Positions 53,571-64,000 of a stretch of 64,000 nt of DNA are shown here, one piece after another; position 1 is the stretch's first letter, and each line of letters opens with the position of its first letter. This stretch comes from Lingula anatina (lineage: Eukaryota; Animalia; Brachiopoda): assembly GCA_051362555.1 (NCBI GenBank), contig CM120640.1:32073967-32137966 (forward strand). Reading direction: 5' to 3'. The position numbers and the translations under genes were made by a program. The notes beneath the pieces were generated by a model, which saw nothing but the letters and a program-made list of their open reading frames with translations, did not search any database and was not told the DNA's origin.

Positions 53571-56500
53571 ACTTCACACATCGATAGAAGTTAAGGTTAG
53601 TAAACTTTTTATTTGCCGGAGGGGGGGGAGGATGGGGGAGAGGTAAATTAAAAAGATCTAACCTCATTCCTGTTTCTTTTACAGGACATAGAAGATGATG
53701 TATGCATAGAAGACGATGAGCGACTCTACCCAGACACAGACTTCACACATCGATAGAAGATAAGGTTAGTAAACTTTTTATTTTGGGGAGGGGGGGGAGG
53801 ATGGGGGAGAGGTAAATTAAAAAGTTCTAACCTAATTCCTATTTCTTTTACAGGACATAGAAGATGATGAATGCATAGAAGACGATGAGCGACTCTACCC
53901 AGACAGACTTCACACATCGATAGAAGTTAAGGTTAGTAAACTTTTTATTTGGGGGAGGGGGGGGGGGGAGGATATGGGAGAGGTAAATTAAAAAGATCTA
54001 ACCTCATTCCTATTTCTTTTACAGGACATAGAAGTTGATGAATGCATAGAAGACGAAGAGCGACTCTACCCTGACATAGACTTCACACATCGATAGAAGT
54101 TAAGGTTAGTAACCTTTTTATTTGGGGGAGGGGGGGGGGAGGATGGCGGGAGAGGTAAATTAAAAAGATCTAACCTCATTCCTATTTCTTTTACAGGACA
54201 TAGAAGATGATGAATGCCTACCAGCCTACCATCAAGCATTGACTACTCTTTGGATCAAGAATTTAAGGTTAGTAAATTTCATTTTTTGGAGGGGATAGGT
54301 AAATTGAATTAAAATCTAATCTAGTTTTATTTCTTTTACAGAACAAAGAAGACGATGAAGGACTCTACCCTGACATAGAATTCACACATCAATAGAAGTT
54401 AAGGTTAGTAAACTTTTTATTTGGGGGAGCTGGGGGGAGGATGGCGGGAGAGGTAAATTAAAAAGATCTAACCTCATTCCTATTTCTTTTACAGGTCATA
54501 GAAGATGATGAATGCCTACCGGCCTACCAGCCTACCATCAAGCATTGACTACTCTTTGGATCAAGAATTTAAGGTTAGTAAATTTCATTTTTTGGAGGGG
54601 ATAGGTAAATTGAACTAAAATCTAATCTAGTTTTATTTCTTTTACAGAACAAAGAAGACGATGAAAGACTCTACCCAGACATAGACTTCACACATCGATA
54701 GAAGTTAAGGTTAGTAAACGTTTTATTTGGGGGAGGGGGGGGGGAGGATGGGGGAGAGGTAAATTAAAAAGATCTAACCTCATTCCTGTTTCTTTTACAG
54801 GACATAGAAGATGATGTATGCATAGAAGACGATGAGCGACTCTACCCAGACACAGACTTCACACATCAATAGAAGTTAAGGTTAGTAAACTTTTTATTTG
54901 GGGGAAGGGTGGGGGCAGGATTGCGGCAGGGTAAATTAAAAAGATCTAACCTCATTCCTATTTCTTTTACAGGACATAGAAGATGATGAATGCCTACCAG
55001 CCTACCAGCCTACCATCAAGCATTGACTACTCTTTGGATCAAGAATTTAAGGTTAGTAAATTTCATTTTTTGGAGGGGATAGGTAAATTGAATTAAAATC
55101 TAATCTAGTTTTATTTCCTTTACAGAACACAGAAGACGATGAAAGACTCTACCCAGACATAGACTTCACACATCGATAGAAGTTAAGGTTAGTAAACTTT
55201 TTATTTGGGGGAGGGGGGGGGAGGAGGGGGGAGAAGTAAATTAAAAAGATCTAACCTGATTCCTGTTTATTTTAATGGACATAGAAGATGATGAATGCAT
55301 AGAAGACGATGAGCGACTCTACCCTGACATAGACTTCACACATCGATAGAAGTTAAGGTTAGTAAACATATTATTTGGTGGAGGGGGGGAGATGTGCGGA
55401 GAAGTAAATTAAAAAGTTCTAACCTCATTCCTATTTCTTTTACAGGACATAGAAGATGATGCATGCATAGAAGACGATGAGCGACTCTACCCAGACACAG
55501 ACTTCACACATCGATAGAAGTTAAGGTTAGTAAACATATTATTTGGGGGAGGGGGGGAGATGTGCGGAGAGGTAAATTAAAAAGTTCTAACCTCATTCCT
55601 ATTTCTTTTACAGGACATAGAAGATAATGAATGCATAGAAGACGATGAGCGACTCTACCCTGACATAGACTTCACACATCGATAGAAGTTAAGGTTAGTA
55701 AACTTTTTATTTGGGGGAGGTGGGGGGAGGATGGCGGGAGAGGTAAATTAAAAAGATCTAACCTCATTCCTATTTCTTTTACAGGACATAGAAGATGATG
55801 AATGCCTACCAGCCTACCAGCCTACCATCATGCATTGACTACTCTTTGGATCAAGAATTTAAGGTTAGTAAATTTCATTTTTTGGGGGGGATAGGTAAAT
55901 TGAATTGAAATCTAATCTAGTTTTATTTCCTTTACAGAACACAGAAGACGATGAAAGACTCTACCCAGACATAGACTTCACACATCGATAGAAGTTAAGG
56001 TTAGTAAACTTTTTGGGGGAGGGGAAGGGGGGGGGGATGTGGGGTCAGGTAAATTAAAAAGTTATAACCTCATTCCTATTTCTTTTACAGGACATAGAAA
56101 ATGATGAATGCATAGAAGACGATGAGCGACTCTACCCAGACACAGACTTCACACATCGATAGAAGTTAAGGTTAGTAAACTTTTTATTTGGGGAAGGGGG
56201 GGGGGGAGGATGGGGGAGAGGTAAATTAAAAAGATCTAACCTCATTCCTATTTCTTTTACAGGACATAGAAGATGATGAATGCATAGAAGACGATGAGCG
56301 ACTCTACCCAGACACAGACTTCACACATCGATAGAAGTTAAGGTTAGTAAACTTTTTATTTGGGGTAGGGGGGGGGGAGGATATGGGAGAGGTAAATGAA
56401 AAAGATCTAACCTCATTCCTATTTCTTTTACAGGACATAGAAGATGATGAATGCATAGAAGACGATGAGCGACTCTACCCTGACATAGACTTCACACATC

Positions 56501-59500
56501 GATAGAAGTTAAGGTTAGTAAACTTTTTATTTGGGGGAGGGGAGGGGAGGATGGCGGGAGAGGTAAATTAAAAAGATCTAGCCTCATTCCTATTTCTTTT
56601 ACAGGACATAGAAGATGATGAATGCCTACCAGCCTACCAGCCTACCATCAAGCATTGACTACTCTTTGGATCAAGAATTTAAGGTTAGTAAATTTCATTT
56701 TTTGGAGGGGATAGGTAAATTGAATTAAAAACTAATCTAGTTTTATTTCCTTTACAGAACACAGAAGACGATGAAAGACTCTACCCAGACATAGACTTCA
56801 CACATCGATAGAAGTTAAGGTTAGTAAACTTTTTATTTAGGGGAGGGGGGGGAGGATGGGGGAGAAGTAAATTTAAAATATCTAACCTCATTCCTATTAC
56901 TTTTACAGGACATAGAAGATGATGAATGCATAGAAGACGATGAGCGACTCTACCCAGACACAGACTTCACACATCGATAGAAGTTAAGGTTAGTAAACTT
57001 TTTATTTGGGGGAGGGGGGGGGGAGATATGGGAGAGGTAAATTAAAAAGATCTAACCTCATTCCTATTTCTTTTACAGGACATAGAAGATGATGAATGCA
57101 TAGAAGACGATGAGCGACTCTACCCTGACATAGACTTCACACATCGATAGAAGTTAAGGTTAGTAAACTTTTTATTTGGGGGAGGGGGGGGGGAGGATGG
57201 CGGGAGAGGTAAATTAAAAAGATCTAACCTCATTCCTATTTCTTTACAGGACATAGAAGATGATGAATGCCTACCAGCCTACCAGCTTACCATCAAGCAT
57301 TGACTACTCTTTGGATCAAGAATTTAAGGTTAGTAAATTTCATTTTTTGGAGGGGATGGTAAATTGAATTAAAATCTAATCTACTTTTATTTCCTTTACA
57401 GAACACAGAAGACGATGAAAGACTCTACCCAGACATAGACTTCACACATCGATAGAAGTTAAGGTTAGTAAACTTTTTATTTGGGGGAGGGGGGGGGGAA
57501 GAGGGGGGAGAAGTAAATTAAAAAGATCTAACCTCATTCCTATTACTTTTACAGGACATAGAAGATGATGAATGCATAGAAGACGATAAGCGACTCTACC
57601 CAGACACAGACTTCACACATCGATAGAAGTTAAGGTTAGTAAACTTTTTATTTGGGGGAGGGGGGGGAGGATGGGGGAGATGTAAATTAAAAAGTTCTAA
57701 CCTCATTCCTATTTCTTTTACAGGACATAGAAGATGATGAATGCATAGAAGACGATGAGCGACTCTACCCAGACACAGACTTCACACATCGATAAAAGTT
57801 AAGGTTAGTAAACATATTATTTGGGGGAGGGGGGGAGATGTGGGGAGAGGTAAATTAAAAAGATCTAACCTCATTCCTATTTCTTTTACAGGACATAGAA
57901 GATGATGAATGCATAGCAGACGATGAGCGACTCTACCCAGACACAGACTTCACACATCGATAGAAGTTAAGGTCAGTAAACTTTTTATTTGCGGGAGGGG
58001 GGGGGGAGGATATGGGAGAGGTAAATTAAAAAGATCTAACCTCATTCCTGTTTCTTTTACAGGACATAGAAGATGATGTATGCATAGAAGACGATGAGCG
58101 ACTCTACCCAGACACAGACTTCACACATCAATAGAAGTTAAGGTTAGTAAACTTTTTATTTAGGGGAGGGGGGGGGGGAAGATTGCGGCAGGGTAAATTA
58201 AAAAGATCTAACCTCATTCCTATTTCTTTTACAGGACATAGAAGATGATGAATGCCTACCAGCCTACCAGCCTACCATCAAGCATTGACTACTCTTTGGA
58301 TCAAGAATTTAAGGTTAGTAAATTTCATTTTTTGGAGGGGATAGTTCAATTGAATTAAAATCTAATCTAGTTTTATTTCCTTTACAGAACACAGAAGACG
58401 ATGAAAGACTCTACCCAGACATAGACTTCACACATCGATAGAAGTTAAGGTTAGTAAACTTTTTATTTGGGGGAAGGGGGGGGAGGAGGGGGGAGAAGTA
58501 AATTAAAAAGATCTAACCTGATTCCTGTTTATTTTACAGGACATAGAAGATGATGTATGCATAGAAGACGATGAGCGACTCTACCCAGACACAGACTTCA
58601 CACATCGATAGAAGTTAAGGTTAGTAAACTTTTTATTTGGGGAAGGGGGGGGAGGATGGGGGAGAGGTAAATTAAAAAGTTCTAACCTCATTCCTATTTC
58701 TTTTACAGGACATAGAAGATGATGAATGCATAGAAGACGATGAGCGACTCTACCCAGACACAGACTTCACACATCGATAGAAGTTAAGGTTAGTAAACTT
58801 TTTATTTGCCGGAGGGGGGGGAGGATGGGGGAGAGGTAAATTAAAAAGATCTAACCTCATTCCTGTTTCTTTTACAGGACATAGAAGATGATGTATGCAT
58901 AGAAGACGATGAGCGACTCTACCCAGACACAGACTTCACACATCGATAGAAGATAAGGTTAGTAAACTTTTTATTTTGGGGAGGGGGGGGAGGATGGGGG
59001 AGAGGTAAATTAAAAAGTTCTAACCTAATTCCTATTTCTTTTACAGGACATAGAAGATGATGAATGCATAGAAGACGATGAGCGACTCTACCCAGACAGA
59101 CTTCACACATCGATAGAAGTTAAGGTTAGTAAACTTTTTATTTGGGGGAGGGGGGGGGGAGGATATGGGAGAGGTAAATTAAAAAGATCTAACCTCATTC
59201 CTATTTCTTTTACAGGACATAGAAGTTGATGAATGCATAGAAGACGAAGAGCGACTCTACCCTGACATAGACTTCACACATCGATAGAAGTTAAGGTTAG
59301 TAACCTTTTTATTTGGGGGAGGGGGGGGGGAGGATGGCGGGAGAGGTAAATTAAAAAGATCTAACCTCATTCCTATTTCTTTTACAGGACATAGAAGATG
59401 ATGAATGCCTACCAGCCTACCATCAAGCATTGACTACTCTTTGGATCAAGAATTTAAGGTTAGTAAATTTCATTTTTTGGAGGGGATAGGTAAATTGAAT

Positions 59501-61600
59501 TAAAATGTAATCTAGTTTTATTTCTTTTACAGAACAAAGAAGACGATGAAGGACTCTACCCTGACATAGAATTCACACATCAATAGAAGTTAAGGTTAGT
59601 AAACTTTTTATTTGGGGGAGCTGGGGGGAGGATGGCGGGAGAGGTAAATTAAAAAGATCTAACCTCATTCCTATTTCTTTTACAGGTCATAGAAGATGAT
59701 GAATGCCTACCGGCCTACCAGCCTACCATCAAGCATTGACTACTCTTTGGATCAAGAATTTAAGGTTAGTAAATTTCATTTTTTGGAGGGGATAGGTAAA
59801 TTGAACTAAAATCTAATCTAGTTTTATTTCTTTTACAGAACAAAGAAGACGATGAAAGACTCTACCCAGACATAGACTTCACACATCGATAGAAGTTAAG
59901 GTTAGTAAACGTTTTATTTGGGGGAGGGGGGGGGGAGGATGGGGGAGAGGTAAATTAAAAAGATCTAACCTCATTCCTGTTTCTTTTACAGGACATAGAA
60001 GATGATGTATGCATAGAAGACGATGAGCGACTCTACCCAGACACAGACTTCACACATCAATAGAAGTTAAGGTTAGTAAACTTTTTATTTGGGGGAAGGG
60101 TGGGGGGAGGATTGCGGCAGGGTAAATTAAAAAGATCTAACCTCATTCCTATTTCTTTTACAGGACATAGAAGATGATGAATGCCTACCAGCCTACCAGC
60201 CTACCATCAAGCATTGACTACTCTTTGGATCAAGAATTTAAGGTTAGTAAATTTCATTTTTTGGAGGGGATAGGTAAATTGAATTAAAATCTAATCTAGT
60301 TTTATTTCCTTTACAGAACACAGAAGACGATGAAAGACTCTACCCAGACATAGACTTCACACATCGATAGAAGTTAAGGTTAGTAAATTTTTTATTTGGG
60401 GGAGGGGGGGGGAGGAGGGGGGAGGAGGGGGGAGAAGTAAATTAAAAAGATCTAACCTGATTCCTGTTTATTTTAATGGACATAGAAGATGATGAATGCA
60501 TAGAAGACGATGAGCGACTCTACCCTGACATAGACTTCACACATCGATAGAAGTTAAGGTTAGTAAACATATTATTTGGTGGAGGGGGGGAGATGTGCGG
60601 AGAAGTAAATTAAAAAGTTCTAACCTCATTCCTATTTCTTTTACAGGACATAGAAGATGATGCATGCATAGAAGACGATGAGCGACTCTACCCAGACACA
60701 GACTTCACACATCGATAGAAGTTAAGGTTAGTAAACATATTATTTGGGGGAGGGGGGGAGATGTGCGGAGAGGTAAATTAAAAAGTTCTAACCTCATTCC
60801 TATTTCTTTTACAGGACATAGAAGATGATGAATGCATAGAAGACGATGAGCGACTCTACCCTGACATAGACTTCTCACATCGATAGAAGTTAAGGTTAGT
60901 AAACTTTTTATTTGGGGGAGGTGGGGGGAGGATGGCGGGAGAGGTAAATTAAAAAGATCTAACCTCATTCCTATTTCTTTTACAGGACATAGAAGATGAT
61001 GAATGCCTACCAGCCTACCAGCCTACCATCATGCATTGACTACTCTTTGGATCAAGAATTTAAGGTTAGTAAATTTCATTTTTTGGGGGGGATAGGTAAA
61101 TTGAATTGAAATCTAATCTAGTTTTATTTCCTTTACAGAACACAGAAGACGATGAAAGACTCTACCCAGACATAGACTTCACACATCGATAGAAGTTAAG
61201 GTTAGTAAACTTTTTGGGGGAGGGGAAGGGGGGGGGGGATGTGGGGTCAGGTAAATTAAAAAGTTATAACCTCATTCCTATTTCTTTTACAGGACATAGA
61301 AAATGATGAATGCATAGAAGACGATGAGCGACTCTACCCAGACACAGACTTCACACATCGATAGAAGTTAAGGTTAGTAAACTTTTTATTTGGGGAAGGG
61401 GGGGGGGAGGATGGGGGAGAGGTAAATTAAAAAGATCTAACCTCATTCCTATTTCTTTTACAGGACATAGAAGATGATGAATGCATAGAAGACGATGAGC
61501 GACTCTACCCAGACACAGACTTCACACATCGATAGAAGTTAAGGTTAGTAAACTTTTTATTTGGGGTAGGGGGGGGGGGAGGATATGGGAGAGGTAAATT
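52760..61600 (+). repeat. Higher-order duplication, ~5.19 kb offset (about 52760-56400 copied at 57950-61600)
   Basis: Identical spurious ORFs at 53726 and 58919 (offset 5193). Shared variants include TTGCCGGA, GAGCTGGGG, CTACCGGCC, TTTAATGGAC and GGGGTCAGG. Confidence 0.85.
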
Positions 61601-64000
61601 AAAAAGATCTAACCTCATTCCTATTTCTTTTACAGGACATAGAAGATGATGAATGCATAGAAGACGATGAGCGACTCTACCCAGACACAGACTTCACACA
61701 TCGATAAAAGTTAAGGTTAGTAAACATATTATTTGGGGGAGGGGGGGAGATGTGGGGAGAGGTAAATTAAAAAGATCTAACCTCATTCCTATTTCTTTTA
61801 CAGGACATAGAAGATGATGAATGCATAGAAGACGATGAGCGACTCTACCCTGACATAGACTTCACACATCGATAGAAGTTAAGGTTAGTAAACATATTAT
61901 TTGGGGGAGGGGGGGAGATGTGCGGAGAGGTAAATTAAAAAAATCTAACCTCATTCCTATTTCTTTTACAGGACATAGAAGATGATGAATGCATAGAAGA
62001 CGATGAGCGACTCTACCCAGACACAGACTTCACACATCGATAGAAGTTAAGGTTAGTAAACTTTTTATTTGGGGAAGGGGGGGGGAGGATGGGGGAGAGG
62101 TAAATTAAAAAGATCTAACCTCATTCCTATTTCTTTTACAGGACATAGAAGATGATGAATGCATAGAAGACGATGAGCGACTCTACCCAGACACAGACTT
62201 CACACATCGATAGAAGTTAAGGTTAGTAAACTTTTTATTTGGGGTAGGGGGGGGGGGAGGATATGGGAGAGGTAAATTAAAAAGATCTAACCTCATTCCT
62301 ATTTCTTTTACAGGACATAGAAGATGATGAATGCATAGAAGACGATGAGCGACTCTACCCAGACACAGACTTCACACATCGATAAAAGTTAAGGTTAGTA
62401 AACATATTATTTGGGGGAGGGGGGGAGATGTGGGGAGAGGTAAATTAAAAAGATCTAACCTCATTCCTATTTCTTTTACAGGACATAGAAGATGATGAAT
62501 GCATAGAAGACGATGAGCGACTCTACCCTGACATAGACTTCACACATCGATAGAAGTTAAGGTTAGTAAACATATTATTTGGGGGAGGGGGGGAGATGTG
62601 CGGAGAGGTAAATTAAAAAAATCTAACCTCATTCCTATTTCTTTTACAGGACATAGAAGATGATGAATGCATAGAAGACGATGAGCGACTCTACCCTGAC
62701 ATAGACTTCACACATCGATAGAAGTTAAGGTTAGTAAACATATTATTTGGGGGAGGGGGGGAGATGTGGGGAGAGGTAAATTAAAAAGTTCTAACCTCAT
62801 TCCTATTTCTTTTACAGGACATAGAAGATGATGAATGCATAGAAGACGATGAGCGACTCTACCCTGACATAGACTTCACACATCGATAGAAGTTAAGGTT
62901 AGTAAACTTTTTACTTGGGGGAGGTGGGGGGAGGATGGCGGGAGAGGTAAATTAAAAAGATCTAACCTCATTCCTATTTCTTTTACAGGACATAGAAGAT
63001 GATGAATGCCTACCAGCCTACCAGCCTACCATCATGCATTGACTACTCTTTGGATCAAGAATTTAAGGTTAGTAAATTTCATTTTTTGGAGGGGATAGGT
63101 AAATTGAATTAAAATCTAATCTAGTTTTATTTCCTTTACAGAACACAGAAGACGATGAAAGACTCTACCCAGACATAGACTTCACACATCGATAGAAGTT
63201 AAGGTTAGTAAACTTTTTATTTGGGGGAGGGGGGGGGGATGTGGGGTCAGGTAAATTAAAAAGTTATAACCTCATTCCTATTTCTTTTACAGGACACAGA
63301 AAATGATGAATGCATAGAAGACGATGAGCGACTCTACCCAGACACAGACTTCACACATCGATAGAAGTTAAGGTTAGTAAACTTTTTATTTTTGGAAGGG
63401 GGGGGGGAGGATGGGGGAGAGGTAAATTAAAAAGATCTAACCTCATTCCTATTTCTTTTACAGGACATAGAAGATGATGAATGCATAGAAGACGATGAGC
63501 GACTCTACCCTGACATAGACTTCACACATCGATAGAAGTTAAGGTTAGAAAACTTTTTATTTGGGGTAGGGGGGGGGAGGATATGGGAGAGGTAAATTAA
63601 AAAGATCTAACCTCATTCCTATTTCTTTTACAGGACATAGAAGATGATGAATGCATAGAAGACGATGAGCGACTCTACCCTGACATAGACTTCACACATC
63701 GATAGAAGTTAAGGTTAGTAAACTTTTTATTTGGGGGAGGGTGGGGGAGGATGGCGGGAGAGGTAAATTAAAAAGACCTAGCCTCATTCCTATTTCTTTT
63801 ACAGGACATAGAAGATGATGAATGCCTACCAGCCTACCAGCCTACCATCAAGCATTGACTACTCTTTGGATCAAGAATTTAAGGTTAGTAAATTTCATTT
63901 TTGGAGGGGATAGGTAAATTGAATTAAAAACTAATCTAGTTTTATTTCCTTTACATAACACAGAAGACGATGAAAGACTCTACCCAGACATAGACTTCAC

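Larger units (their letters stand above)
1..64000 (+). repeat. Tandem satellite-like array of exon-intron monomers (A monomer ~165-175 bp interspersed with a B-C dimer ~305 bp); runs off both window ends
   Basis: The motifs CACACATCGATAGAAGTTAAGGTTAGTAAA, a poly-G tract and CTAACCTCATTCCTATTTCTTTTACAGGACATAGAAGATGATG recur in the same orientation from base 1 to 64000. I saw no unique insertion or inversion. Successive exon starts at 133, 304 and 473 give periods of 171 and 169 bp. Confidence 0.99.
1..64000 (+). ncRNA. Putative multi-exon (~390 exon-like units in window) spliced non-coding transcript or pseudogenised repeat gene; promoter and 3' end not in window
   Basis: All splice signals are on the + strand in the correct order and spacing in nearly every monomer. 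Exon lengths 80/79/62 are not multiples of 3, and exon A has stops in all three frames. There is no direct evidence of transcription. Confidence 0.4.

Noticed and set aside
53726-53917. Minus-strand 63-aa ORF (identical copy at 58919-59110)
   Set aside because: It is the antisense reading of the repeat monomer; the poly-Pro comes from the G-tract. It is open only through chance indels and is duplicated with the 5.19 kb block.
60705-60968. Minus-strand 87-aa ORF
   Set aside because: Chance read-through of about 1.5 monomers antisense to the splice signals; not conserved in other monomers.
1-64000. CRISPR-like array (constant repeats with variable segments)
   Set aside because: The variable segments are G-run variants of one sequence, not unique spacers. 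The period is ~170 bp and there are no cas genes.
1-64000. One giant intact repetitive protein gene
   Set aside because: With the best splice sites the exons are 80/79/62 nt. Exon A has TAG in frame 1, TAG/TAA in frame 2 and TGA in frame 3, so constitutive splicing hits stops in the standard and TAR=Gln codes. Octamer indels also break the frame.

Overview
The whole 64 kb is one head-to-tail tandem array with no unique sequence, no conventional gene, and no RNA gene or transposon ORF that I can recognise. It is eukaryotic in character. On the + strand every monomer is built as a spliceosomal exon-intron unit: purine-rich exon | GTTAGT donor ... poly-G tract ... CTAAC/CTAAT branch point, pyrimidine tract, TACAG acceptor. 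There are three exon types. A is 80 nt with an ~85-95 nt intron (monomer ~165-175 bp, roughly 250 copies by estimate). B (79 nt, then a 74-nt intron) and C (62 nt) form an obligate dimer of ~305 bp (68 copies by eye). That gives about 390 exon-like units. The exons are not frame-preserving and carry stops, so the spliced product would be essentially non-coding. However, B and C both reduce to a ~63-nt phase-0 exon encoding a 21-aa acidic repeat (DIEDDECLPSSIDYSLDQEFK / NTEDDERLYPDIDFT...EVK), with many synonymous differences. My best reading is a satellite, or giant multi-exon lncRNA, amplified from a protein-coding exon-intron module. Each intron can also fold into a hairpin that pairs donor with branch point around a G-quadruplex-capable loop. 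Irregular higher-order duplications of 0.7-6.6 kb overlay the array. Transcription and splicing are inferred, not shown. Counts and block boundaries were read by eye.
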